DNA of 63,445 nt, filler included. It is 7 parts of 7 records of this genome, joined end to end, with 100 filler letters (N's around TTAATTAATTAA, not from the genome) between each part and the next. Parts side by side here need not be neighbours in the genome. Positions count along the whole stretch, not along the records: positions 16,523 to 26,267 come from SRR31147125_8606; positions 26,368 to 37,073 come from SRR31147125_8626; 5 more parts are not named here. One strand, 5' to 3'. The number at the start of each line of letters is the position of its first letter. Position 1 is the first letter of the stretch. Made by a program: the position numbers and the translations under genes. The notes under the pieces were generated by a model. It made no database searches. It had not been told where the DNA came from and saw only the letters and a program-made list of their open reading frames with translations. Of the stretch, positions 20,101-28,966 are shown piece by piece.

Positions 20101-21605
20101 AAATCTACCTGCCCTAAAAATGAAAAACGAAGGTTCGGATCGTTCATCGCCAGCAGTCCGTCGAACATTTTGTCGTATAATATTCCATCAAACTGAATGT
20201 CTTTGTAGCTGTAATTATTAACTCCAATTTCATTTATGTCGCCTTTAAATATGCCTGAAACCGATTCCGTTTTTCCCATGTATTTCCCATCAACCGATCC
20301 CGAGAAAGTTAGTTTTCCCAGTATTTCTTTCTGAAAGAGTCTGCCTAAATCAAAATTGCTTGTTGATATATTACCCCGATAATAAACCGTATCAGCGCGT
20401 TCGGGCGTAACCAAAATATCGGTCGAGAGTGTTCCCATTTCGCTTTGCAGGGTACCAAAAGTTACAAAGTCGGATAAAAATCCACTAAAGTTTCCTTTAA
20501 ATCTTAAGATGCCTGCTTCGTAAAACGTTTCCGGGAAATTTAAGAACCTTATTTTCGATTTTTTAGGAAGCCGGATCGATGATAGATCGGAAAAGGTGGT
20601 TGCCGATTCTTTTAAATCGAAAAACAGGTACATATTTTCTATGTCGGATAAATCGTTGATGTAAAAATCGAGTACTGTTTTTGTGGTTCTACCCGTGCTC
20701 AGAGTAATGTTTTTTCCCTTTAAATCGTCAAGGTTTCCCCGTATTTCACCCGATACTTCAATGTTTTGGTCCATACCATCAAGTGCCGGAATTAATTCGC
20801 CAAGTTCGATAAAGCTAATGTCCGATTTGTCTAAATTCAGCTTAATATTAAAAGAGCTGCTTGCCAGGCTGTCGGCTTCTGAAAGTTCTATATTAAGATC
20901 GGTGTTTCTTATATTCGAATGTTCACTTTCAAGATTAAAATTGTGAATATCTATTGTGTGTTTCGAAATGGCAACATCAGCATTCATATTTTTTAGCATG
21001 AGTTGCTCACCATCGTTCATGCTTAGTTTTGTAAGTTTAAAAGCAAGCGAATCTTTTGTGCTTTCAAAACTCGATATGCCCAGGTTTAAATCATGTACAT
21101 AAAACGTTTCATTATTTTCGGAATATTTGTCGGTGTATGTAATTTGAAGGTCTCCAAAACTAAATTTATCGCATTTTACCGACCAGTTTAATGTGCTGTC
21201 TTTTTTGCTACTATTCAATGATTTAATAAGGAAACTAAAATTGAAACTTTCAACCGAATCGCGAACAATATTAATTTCATTCCTAATAAAATTCAGCTCT
21301 TTAATAGATAAAATTTGTTTCTTGAAACGGAGTGTGTCAATGGCTGCCGTTGCTTTTTCGGTGTATAACAAAGTGTCGTTATACTGGTCTTTTATGAGGA
21401 CGTCTTCTAAATGCAACTTGTTAAAAAAGCCCACATCAACACGTCCAACGGTAATTTCGGCATCGAGTTGATTCGATAAACGTTTTGCAATTTTACGTGT
21501 AATTTGGGTCTGCACCCAGCTGTTTTGAAGGGTAAGGTAAGCCGAGGCCAGTATCGCCAACAATACAGCGAGCACTATAATGAGTATTTTCCAGCCTTTT
21601 TTAAT
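17169..21605 (-). CDS. tamB: Translocation/assembly module TamB (Bacteroidota type); start uncertain (ATT at 21605 or GTG at 21575)
   Basis: N-terminal TM with LQNSWVQT, long beta-rich body, C-terminal W.GDP..A and QGIGL; divergent from tsaD. Confidence 0.85.
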   Translation of the reverse strand: MKKGWKILIIVLAVLLAILASAYLTLQNSWVQTQITRKIAKRLSNQLDAEITVGRVDVGFFNKLHLEDVLIKDQYNDTLLYTEKATAAIDTLRFKKQILSIKELNFIRNEINIVRDSVESFNFSFLIKSLNSSKKDSTLNWSVKCDKFSFGDLQITYTDKYSENNETFYVHDLNLGISSFESTKDSLAFKLTKLSMNDGEQLMLKNMNADVAISKHTIDIHNFNLESEHSNIRNTDLNIELSEADSLASSSFNIKLNLDKSDISFIELGELIPALDGMDQNIEVSGEIRGNLDDLKGKNITLSTGRTTKTVLDFYINDLSDIENMYLFFDLKESATTFSDLSSIRLPKKSKIRFLNFPETFYEAGILRFKGNFSGFLSDFVTFGTLQSEMGTLSTDILVTPERADTVYYRGNISTSNFDLGRLFQKEILGKLTFSGSVDGKYMGKTESVSGIFKGDINEIGVNNYSYKDIQFDGILYDKMFDGLLAMNDPNLRFSFLGQVDLNSEIPDFDFRLNLDKALLGNLNFSKSFPDSEVAFKMQANFTGDNIDNLDGSIDVTEGFYKNRNGEVELSGMEIQTGKNDAGNILNFTSDFVDVEINGQYYFRTIGNELKKVFSHFIPASQLAIEEQALRKNNFEFKALVKDLDTPAKIFVPGLQLDTPFTLYGKMDSSSDDVQLHGNIPGLKYNNVWARDISILNKTINDSYTSKLRFNEVMLKNGMKLYNFSSDTKVADNIADNTISWSNYDELTYSGSIKTRTTISQPDSSEHPHIEIEGSPTRIFIADTVWNIEPFFATIDSSAIAINNFNINNKQQMLAANGRIDKNSSDLLNIDIKNINLSYLNKYLNKDFDISGIANGKIGLANLSEKPVILSDLSVDKLHYKKQFMGDISMVSNWNSNNSAIDSELKITREDRLSLNAFGSYKPSTHEVDFDITVDSVALFVLETFIRKNFSHFKGYGSGKVNIGGTTDKLLFNGALKGNNAGLTIDVTQIPYSFNDSVYFKNDTILFDNITVYDTDNNTGKFNGTLVHQNFHDMIYNLWLTSDKINALNTTSRDNEQFYGIAVGRGRLDITGRAKTVNLNGSVTSLPGTEIKISMEDENEVEQYDFLEFVTNDEPEENDFFAPKKKEENDLNLSLTIEATPEAKVQLIYNSQIGDIIKAQGEGIMLFEMNPEGEIFLSGNYNVTKGDYLFTLQNVINKRFTIEKGGSIVWSGDPYNADIDIRAIYKLKASLYDLLSNYENESLSQRITVECIIVLEDELMNPTIGFDINFPTAEAIIKDRLQQFFNTEDELNKQILSLIVMGKFYTPEYLQGTYEAQSTNMLGTTASELLSNQLSNWLSQINEDWDVGINYRPGNLVTDDEIELALSTQIFNDRVTLNGNIGNNANQYSTNSSQIVGDFEMNVKLVPSGKIEFIAYSRSNNNLIYETAPYTQGIGLSFKEEYNSIDELFKKFVNIFKKKGNNPQLKKALLCLYNIKKY

Positions 21606-21751
21606 AGTTTTGCAATTTTTAAATGAACATCGATATTTATGTTATAACAACAAAATTCAATGTTCTTGTAAGGAAACGTTTGTTATTTATCGCAAAGATA
21701 TAAACCCGAACGATTATATCTTGTTTAATAACGTTAAAAAGAGAATTATTT

Positions 21752-22780
21752 ATGACAAAAAAAGGGATAACAATATTGGGTATTGAGTCGTCGTGCGACG
21801 ATACCTCTGCAGCAATAATTCGCGATGGTGAAATTCTTTCGAATGTAGTAGCTAACCAAAAGGTTCATGAAGAATATGGTGGTGTGGTACCTGAATTGGC
21901 TTCGCGGGCGCATCAGCAAAATATTATACCTGTTGTTGAAATGGCTGTTAAGCGCGCCGGTATTGACAAAAACGACATTTCTGCGGTGGCTTTTACCCGA
22001 GGTCCGGGTTTACTTGGTTCGCTGTTGGTAGGCACCTCGTTTGCCAAAGGTTTTTCGCTATCAATGAATATTCCTTTAATTGAAGTTAACCACTTGCAAG
22101 GACACGTTCTTGCCTTGTTTATAAAAGAAAAGGGCGTGGAATATAATCCACCAAAATTTCCGTTTTTATGCCTGTTGGTTTCAGGTGGCAATTCGCAGAT
22201 TATTCGTGTGAAAAATTATCTGGAAATGGAAGTCATTGGGCAAACCATCGACGATGCTGCCGGCGAAGCTTTCGATAAATGTGCTAAAGTTATGGGTTTG
22301 CCATACCCGGGTGGTCCACATGTTGACAGGTTAGCCAAAGAAGGAGACCCACTTCGCTTCGAATTTTCGCGTCCGCGAATTCAGGGGCTCGATTACAGTT
22401 TCAGTGGATTAAAAACTAATTTCCTGTATTTTCTTCGCGATAATCTGAAAGAGAACGAGAATTTTATTGAAGAGAATAAAGCCGATTTATGTGCATCGCT
22501 TCAACATACTATCATCGAAATTCTTTTGGGTAAACTAAAACGCGCTGCAAAAGAAACCGGCATTAAAGATATAACAGTTGCCGGTGGCGTTTCTGCAAAT
22601 TCAGGTTTACGAAATGCCTTGCAACAAAACGCCAAAAAGTTTAGGTGGAGCCTGGTTATTCCGAAGTTTGAGTATACCATGGATAACGCAGCAATGATTG
22701 CTATTACCGGTTATTATAAATTTTTGAATAACGAATTTGTGGGACAGGATACTATTCCTTTTGCACGCACTCAATTGTAA
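21752..22780 (+). CDS. tsaD: tRNA N6-adenosine threonylcarbamoyltransferase TsaD
   Basis: ILGIESSCDDT, GGVVPELASRAH, VNHLQGH, LLVSGG, DDAAGEAFDK, FSFSGLKT-like YSFSGLKT and DNAAMI. Confidence 0.97.
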   Translation: MTKKGITILGIESSCDDTSAAIIRDGEILSNVVANQKVHEEYGGVVPELASRAHQQNIIPVVEMAVKRAGIDKNDISAVAFTRGPGLLGSLLVGTSFAKGFSLSMNIPLIEVNHLQGHVLALFIKEKGVEYNPPKFPFLCLLVSGGNSQIIRVKNYLEMEVIGQTIDDAAGEAFDKCAKVMGLPYPGGPHVDRLAKEGDPLRFEFSRPRIQGLDYSFSGLKTNFLYFLRDNLKENENFIEENKADLCASLQHTIIEILLGKLKRAAKETGIKDITVAGGVSANSGLRNALQQNAKKFRWSLVIPKFEYTMDNAAMIAITGYYKFLNNEFVGQDTIPFARTQL

Positions 22781-22784
22781 TGTT

Positions 22785-23477
22785 ATGCTATTTCCCGAAA
22801 AACTGGTTCATGGAACTTTAATTAAACGCTATAAACGTTTTTTAGCCGATATAAAACTCGACGACGGAACTGTTGTTGTTGCGCATTGTACTAATTCCGG
22901 TTCGATGAAAAGCTGCCTCGAAGATGGGGCCGAGGTTTATTTAACGCCTGTTAACGACCCGAAACGTAAAACAAAATTTACGTGGGAGATGATTCGAATA
23001 AACGAGGGCTGGGTTGGAATTAATACCGGGAATCCGAATAAATTGGTGGCCGAAGCTGTTAGCGAAGGCACCATTCCTGGACTGGAAGGTTATACCAGCG
23101 TAAAACGCGAGGTGAAATTTGGTGATTCGCGTTTCGATGTTTTTGCTGAAAATGAAAGCGAGAAATGTTTTATTGAAGTGAAAAATGTATCGATGAAAGA
23201 GGGGGATTCCGCCTTGTTCCCCGATGCTGTAACCAAACGCGGACAAAAACACCTGAAAACATTGATGGAAGTAAAAAAGCAGGGAATGCGTGCGGTTATG
23301 GTGTATGTAATTCAGCGGGGCGATGTAAATTGTTTTGGACCGGCACGTGAAATTGACCCGGATTATGCCGATGCATTAAAAAAAGCATACGAAGCCGGCG
23401 TTGAGATAATTCCTGTTCAGGCCAAGGTTTCCCCAGATGAAATTATTTTAAATCAAGTACTTCCTTTTGAATTGTAG
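22785..23477 (+). CDS. sfsA: DNA/RNA nuclease SfsA
   Basis: KRYKRFLAD, AHCTNSGSM, REVKFGDSRFD, FIEVKNV and FPDAVTKRGQKHL. Confidence 0.95.
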   Translation: MLFPEKLVHGTLIKRYKRFLADIKLDDGTVVVAHCTNSGSMKSCLEDGAEVYLTPVNDPKRKTKFTWEMIRINEGWVGINTGNPNKLVAEAVSEGTIPGLEGYTSVKREVKFGDSRFDVFAENESEKCFIEVKNVSMKEGDSALFPDAVTKRGQKHLKTLMEVKKQGMRAVMVYVIQRGDVNCFGPAREIDPDYADALKKAYEAGVEIIPVQAKVSPDEIILNQVLPFEL

Positions 23478-23479
23478 TT

Positions 23480-24001
23480 TTACTTTTCTTTTTCTTCTTC
23501 TATCTCCACAACATCGCCATGAAATGAAATGTGTTGACGATTAGTGCTGTTAATATGCAAAGTAGCTGAACCGTTTTCTGCTATTGCAAATGAATAAACA
23601 AGAGCGTCGTTTTTGTTTTTTGTGTCGCATTTAATTAACCAACCTCCTTTTTTTGCATCCTCCACTGTAAGTTCTTTAATGGTAGATTCAAAAATAAGCG
23701 GCGACTGATTACTGCCATAATCAGCACTGTAAGCTCTCCCGTAAAATGGCAGGTACGAATCTATCGACTTATCTTTAATTGAAACACTGTAGTTTGTGGT
23801 TAATGTTTTGCTTCGTCCACTGGCCGGTAACATTTGGTTAGCATCAAATTGCCAGGTGTTTGACTCAATCAATGCTTTAACCATTTTAATTTGTTCTGCT
23901 TTTCGTGCGGCTTTTTTCTCCTTTTTCGATAATTGGTTTTCTTGTGCACTCAATACAAATACCGCAAATATAAATGCTCCCAATAAAATTAAATTTTTCA
24001 T
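23480..24001 (-). CDS. DUF4251-like exported protein
   Basis: Signal peptide, KKEKKAARK, SYLPFYGRAY and NRQHISFHG. Confidence 0.7.
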   Translation of the reverse strand: MKNLILLGAFIFAVFVLSAQENQLSKKEKKAARKAEQIKMVKALIESNTWQFDANQMLPASGRSKTLTTNYSVSIKDKSIDSYLPFYGRAYSADYGSNQSPLIFESTIKELTVEDAKKGGWLIKCDTKNKNDALVYSFAIAENGSATLHINSTNRQHISFHGDVVEIEEEKEK

Positions 24002-24242
24002 GGCACTTTCCGTTTTTATTATCCTGATATAAAGTACAAATATTGTTCCAATTGAATGAAATTTTTAGAAAGGATTTATTGATATCAAATAGCGGTTCTC
24101 CCCGAATAATCTTTAATTCAGTAAGAATTAATTATAGCACGCAGATTTTCGCAGAAAAAAATTCACCCTGTTTGGTGAAAGAAAATCAGCGGTAATCAAC
24201 GTTATCTGTGTGAAATACAAAAAAACGTGAGTTTTTAGAACC

Positions 24243-24271
24243 AAAAAAAGGGCTCGTTTCCGAACCCTTTC
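24243..24271 (-). terminator. Intrinsic terminator after the GH20 gene
   Basis: AAAAAAAGGGCTCG-TTTC-CGAACCCTTT hairpin, giving a U-tract on the minus strand. Confidence 0.65.
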
Positions 24272-24290
24272 ATTGTATGATTTTTTCAAT

Positions 24291-25877
24291 CTATTTTTTA
24301 TGATTTCTGTAATTGATACCTAATTTGTCTAAACGTTCATAATCAATGGTTAAACGTTTTTCGAAATCAGAAAAGTTTTTTAATTCTTTTGGAGTCCAGG
24401 CAACTTCTGCTTGGGCCTGCAAGCGTGGTAAAAGCATATATTCTGCTTTTTTCGTTGTGGCAACATATTCGGTCCATAAATTGGTTTGCACACCCAACAC
24501 ATATTTTGCTTCCTCAGCATTTAGTTCCTCGGGAATTGGTTCGTAGCTGTACACTTTATCTACCGGTAAAAATCCGCCAATTGCCAGTGGTTCATTTTCT
24601 TTGTCTTCCGATTGATAATAGTCGATGTACATATGAGTAGTTGGGCTCATAACAACATCGTGATGTTGTTTGGCTGCTTCAATACCTCCTTTAATTCCAC
24701 GCCAACTCATAACAGTAGCTTCAGGAGCCAGTCCGCCTTCCAAAATTTCGTCCCAGCCAATTAATCTGCGACCTTTCGAAGTTAGATATTTATCCATTCG
24801 GGTAATGAACCAACTTTGTAGTTCGTGCTCGTCTTTTAAGCCATTCTCCTTAATTCGTTTCTGACAAGCAGGACAATCTTTCCAGGCATCTTTCGGACAT
24901 TCGTCGCCGCCGATGTGAATAAATTTCGAAGGGAAAATTTCCAGCACTTCATCGAGTACATCTTGCAAAAAGGTAAAGGTTTCTTCTTTTCCGGCGCAAT
25001 ACACATCTTTGTGTACACCCCAGGCTCCTTGCACTTTGTATGGCCCGCCTGTGCACCCCAGGTTTGGATAAGCGGCCAGTGCAGCGCTTGAGTGACCGGG
25101 CAATTCTATTTCAGGAACTACTGTAATGTAACGGTCTGCGGCATAACGAACAATTTCTTTACACTGTTCTTGTGTGTAAAATCCACCGTAGCCAATGCCA
25201 TCCATTCCTTTTCCGCTGCGATAGTGGCCAAGCATTGTTTCATCTCTCCAGTGCGAAATTTCGGTTAACCCAGGGTATTTTTTTATTTCAATACGCCATC
25301 CCTGATCTTCTGTTAAGTGCCAGTGAAAGGTATTAAGTTTATACATGGCCAAAATATCGATGTATTTTTTTATGAAACTCACCGGGAAGAAATGGCGCCC
25401 AACATCGAGCATATTTCCGCGCCATGCAAAACGGGGCTGGTCTTTAATATCAATGCACTGAATGTTTAATGTTTCGTTGCCGGTATCAACAGGTAAAAGT
25501 TGTTTTAACGATTGCAATCCGTAAAAAAGACCTGTTGGTTCGGAGGCAGTTATAACAACCGATTTTTTGTCGACTTTTAGTAAATAACCTTCTGTTCCAA
25601 GGTTTAAACTGCTTATTAATTTAAATGATACAGCATTACCATCTGCATTTTCTGTTAGCGAGAAACCGTACATTGTTTCAAGGTAAGAGTTGAAAAATTG
25701 CGCAATTCTGGCAACCTCTTCGTCCGAATCGTTAAATTTTAACGTACAATTTTTGTTTAATGCGAATGTTCCTTTTTTTACTGAATATTCCGAAGGCTTT
25801 GGAATAATTGTAATTTCCTGGGCTAACGATGGAGCTGTAAGAAAAATAAGCATTACAAAATAAATTAGTCGGTTCAT
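24291..25877 (-). CDS. Beta-N-acetylhexosaminidase (GH20)
   Basis: PRFAWRGNMLDVGRHF, FHWHLTEDQGWR, PEIELPGH, catalytic HIGGDE and LWTE. Confidence 0.95.
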   Translation of the reverse strand: MNRLIYFVMLIFLTAPSLAQEITIIPKPSEYSVKKGTFALNKNCTLKFNDSDEEVARIAQFFNSYLETMYGFSLTENADGNAVSFKLISSLNLGTEGYLLKVDKKSVVITASEPTGLFYGLQSLKQLLPVDTGNETLNIQCIDIKDQPRFAWRGNMLDVGRHFFPVSFIKKYIDILAMYKLNTFHWHLTEDQGWRIEIKKYPGLTEISHWRDETMLGHYRSGKGMDGIGYGGFYTQEQCKEIVRYAADRYITVVPEIELPGHSSAALAAYPNLGCTGGPYKVQGAWGVHKDVYCAGKEETFTFLQDVLDEVLEIFPSKFIHIGGDECPKDAWKDCPACQKRIKENGLKDEHELQSWFITRMDKYLTSKGRRLIGWDEILEGGLAPEATVMSWRGIKGGIEAAKQHHDVVMSPTTHMYIDYYQSEDKENEPLAIGGFLPVDKVYSYEPIPEELNAEEAKYVLGVQTNLWTEYVATTKKAEYMLLPRLQAQAEVAWTPKELKNFSDFEKRLTIDYERLDKLGINYRNHKK

Positions 25878-25977
25878 TTTTATTTAATTTTGAAGTTTTA
25901 AAAGCACGAAAGTAATAACTTTTGGAAAAAATTAAAAAGAATTCACTTTGTAATAAAAAAAATAATTATCCTTATTC

Positions 25978-26267
25978 ATGCAAAATATTACCATTTCTCC
26001 GATTTTAGGACAGAAAGTTCCTACTTTGGAATTGGCCTGTATTGGATGCGATGTTCTTTTTCAAGAAAAAAATGACGCTCTTTGGAATCTTATTCAAACA
26101 AAAATAAACGCGTTGAATAACGAACTTGTAGTTGAGCAAATTAGTAAACTGCCTGCCATAGCTAAATCGCGAAAAGCATATAAAGCTTGTGGAAAAGATC
26201 CTGCCCGCTATCGTTTGTCGGCAGAAGCTCTTTTACGCAGGGTGCTAAAACGAAAGGAAATTTACCA
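25978..26267 (+). CDS. B3/4 (PheRS editing-like) domain protein, 3'-truncated
   Basis: RKAYKACGKDPARYRLSAEALLRR. Confidence 0.85.
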
Positions 26268-26367
26268 NNNNNNNNNNNNNNNNNNNNNNNNNNNNNNNNN
26301 NNNNNNNNNNNTTAATTAATTAANNNNNNNNNNNNNNNNNNNNNNNNNNNNNNNNNNNNNNNNNNNN
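26268..26367. other. Artificial contig-joining spacer
   Basis: 44 N + TTAATTAATTAA + 44 N. Confidence 0.98.
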
Positions 26368-27033
26368 TCAACGCTCACACCAATATTGGTTCATGAAAAA
26401 TGGATAAAAAACCTTGAAGGTCTAAGCCTCAAAAACGTTCGGATATCCATCTTTCAAAATAATAAAAAGCAAGAGGATCGTTTTGGTGAAGCCCTGTTTA
26501 CTGCAAACGGCATGAGCGGGCCAATTATATTAGATATGAGTAAAACAATTGGTACCCTACTACACAATGGTCAAACGCATTTATTCATTGATTTCAAGCC
26601 GGCTTTAGATTATACTATGTTAGACAATAGAATTTTGCGGGATCTGCAGAAAAATAAAAACATGTCTATGAAAAATCTGCTTTCCGGTTTTCTGCCTAAA
26701 AAGATGATCCCTGTTTTTCTTGATCTGACAAAAATAGCACCTGACAAAAAAGCCAACTCTATTACCAAAGAGGAACGAAAAAGATTACGATCACTATTAA
26801 AACAATTCCCGTTAACCATAAAAAAGTTATACGGATTTAATAAAGCTATTGTCACCACCGGAGGGATCCATCTAAAAGAGGTTAATCCAAAAACAATGCG
26901 CTCACGGTTAATAACAAATTTATTTTTTGCCGGAGAAATCCTGAATCTGGATGGACCTACAGGTGGATTTAACCTTCAGGTATGCTGGAGTACTGGCTAT
27001 CTCGCCGGTGAACATGCGGCAAAAAACCAATGA
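26368..27033 (+). CDS. HI0933/BaiN-like NAD(P)/FAD-dependent oxidoreductase, 5'-truncated
   Basis: GEALFTANGMSGP, AIVTTGGI, PKTMRS and LFFAGEILNLDGPTGGFNLQ. Confidence 0.92.
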   Translation, partial: STLTPILVHEKWIKNLEGLSLKNVRISIFQNNKKQEDRFGEALFTANGMSGPIILDMSKTIGTLLHNGQTHLFIDFKPALDYTMLDNRILRDLQKNKNMSMKNLLSGFLPKKMIPVFLDLTKIAPDKKANSITKEERKRLRSLLKQFPLTIKKLYGFNKAIVTTGGIHLKEVNPKTMRSRLITNLFFAGEILNLDGPTGGFNLQVCWSTGYLAGEHAAKNQ

Positions 27034-27099
27034 TTGAGGATAAAAAAATTCACAGCTCATCTGACTGTCTGTCAACATTAACATAATGGAGATTTTAAA

Positions 27100-27192
27100 A
27101 TGTCGGTAAAGGATATGAGTGGTTGCAGTTTGTTTCTGCTGATAGTCGCGGCCATTATTACAGCCGTACTACTATTGTCCATGGGATGTTAA
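27100..27192 (+). CDS. Putative 30-aa single-TM peptide MSVKDMSGCSLFLLIVAAIITAVLLLSMGC (not in the ORF track)
   Basis: GGAG RBS about 8 nt upstream of the ATG, an uninterrupted hydrophobic helix, and it fills the gap before the next gene. Confidence 0.6.
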   Translation: MSVKDMSGCSLFLLIVAAIITAVLLLSMGC

Positions 27193-27213
27193 TATCGAAA
27201 GAGTGCTTAGAAC

Positions 27214-27588
27214 ATGCATTTAACAGATCCTGTCTTTTTATCCGGGGTTATTATTTATGCTGCCAATAACCTTTTGTTAAAGTTTCAACTTTTTCACAAC
27301 TATTTTACGCGATACTATCTAAACGATTTTCTGTTAATTCCCTGTGCCCTGCCTCCAATCCTATTTGTGCTTGGCATACTTGGATATCGCAAAAAGGACA
27401 TACCACCAACAATTACGGAAATCAGCATTTGCCTTTTTATCTGGTCTGTTTCCTTTGAATTCCTGGGTCCACTTTATTTTAAAGATGCCACCTCAGATAT
27501 AGTGGATATTGTTTTTTACATATTGGGAGGTGCTGTTTCGTGGGTACTGTGGAATCGTATTTTCATAAAAAAATCCCAAAACAAGTGA
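27214..27588 (+). CDS. Small multi-pass membrane protein (DUF2809/VanZ-like pattern)
   Basis: Four hydrophobic segments with YLND..L.P, FE..GP and T.D..D...Y..G polar motifs. Confidence 0.6.
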   Translation: MHLTDPVFLSGVIIYAANNLLLKFQLFHNYFTRYYLNDFLLIPCALPPILFVLGILGYRKKDIPPTITEISICLFIWSVSFEFLGPLYFKDATSDIVDIVFYILGGAVSWVLWNRIFIKKSQNK

Positions 27589-27649
27589 TGACCATTTTGG
27601 GATTTTTTAATAAAACAACTATGTCAATTTGATTTTTATTTATAAATAA

Positions 27650-28939
27650 TCAACTTAGTAATTGTCCACTGATTCGCATTAATTCAATTTCCAACAGCTT
27701 GGCCGTGTATTTGGCACTAGAAATATTATTCCTGGCGCTGATCAGGTTCAGTTGTGCTTCCCGAAATTGAGTCGTTGTTACCTGCCCCAGATTAAACAAT
27801 TCCTGGGTCCTTTTAAAATTCAACTCTGCCGATTCAAGATTCTTTTCCTCCAGCCTTAATACCAGGAGACTATTTTGATAAGATTCAAAAATATTGGTAA
27901 TTTCTTTTTCGAGTAAAAGACGTGCTTCATCTTTTAAAAGCTCCTGATTTCGTATATTGACTTTTGCATTTTCTTTGTCAATTTTTGTTTTAAAACCGTT
28001 AAAAATGTTAAAACTTAATGTCGCTCCTACGTTCCAACCCCGGTCAGGATCGCTCAAATTCACATCAAAATCCGGTGAGGTTTGGTTATAACCATAGGAT
28101 GAATTCAAATTCACTTTGGGAGAATTGGCAGATCGGGCAATCTTGTAAGTCAGTTTTGATTGCTCCAATTGATTAAGAGACGACAAATAGGAAGCATTAC
28201 TCTTTTCAGCCTTCTGCTTAATGTCAGCCAGATTAAATCCATTCCGGAAGGAAACCTCTGAAGCCACAGCAAAATCCTTATTCACGTCATGATTAAGCAA
28301 GACGTTCAGATTACGTCTGGCCTCAGACCATTTTAATCTGGCATTGATCACTGTGACGCTGTCTGAATTAAGATCTACCTGTGCAGCAAGAACATCTATC
28401 GTGTTCGCCTGACCAAACATGGATCTTTTTTTTGCCCTTTCTAATCGTTCAAAAGAGATCGCAGCTAATTCCTCTGCAATATGAACATTTTCGAAAGCCA
28501 GAGCCGCTTCATAATAGGCATTACTTACCTGCAACAATGTTCTTTCAATGTTGTCGCGAGCTTGCAATTCGCCCAACTTTCCACCAGCCTGAAGTTTCTT
28601 AAACCGGTATGTATTACCAAAGCCATCAAATAAAGTATAACTCGCCTGTACAACAGCACTGGAGGTTGTAAAATTATCGTCAACCTTTCCAGCAGTTGTC
28701 TGTCGCTCATTATCCTGATAATTGGCACTTGACACGACATCAATACGAGGTAACAGATCCGCGTTGCCAACATTCACTTTATTATGTGCAATTTCGGCAT
28801 TATTGCGGGCGACCTCGATTTGATGATTATTTTGCATCGCTTCAGCAATGACCTGGTCAAATGTCAGTACATCCTGGCCAAAAGCGAAACCAATAACACC
28901 ATACAACACTATTAAATAAAAGAAACGATATATCTTCAT
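27650..28939 (-). CDS. TolC-family outer membrane efflux protein
   Basis: Signal peptide, AMQNN, LLPRID, SYTLFDG, LSFNIFNG and heptad helices; last gene of the MFP-RND operon. Confidence 0.92.
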   Translation of the reverse strand: MKIYRFFYLIVLYGVIGFAFGQDVLTFDQVIAEAMQNNHQIEVARNNAEIAHNKVNVGNADLLPRIDVVSSANYQDNERQTTAGKVDDNFTTSSAVVQASYTLFDGFGNTYRFKKLQAGGKLGELQARDNIERTLLQVSNAYYEAALAFENVHIAEELAAISFERLERAKKRSMFGQANTIDVLAAQVDLNSDSVTVINARLKWSEARRNLNVLLNHDVNKDFAVASEVSFRNGFNLADIKQKAEKSNASYLSSLNQLEQSKLTYKIARSANSPKVNLNSSYGYNQTSPDFDVNLSDPDRGWNVGATLSFNIFNGFKTKIDKENAKVNIRNQELLKDEARLLLEKEITNIFESYQNSLLVLRLEEKNLESAELNFKRTQELFNLGQVTTTQFREAQLNLISARNNISSAKYTAKLLEIELMRISGQLLS

Positions 28940-28966
28940 ATCCATATCCTTTGTAATCCAATACAA

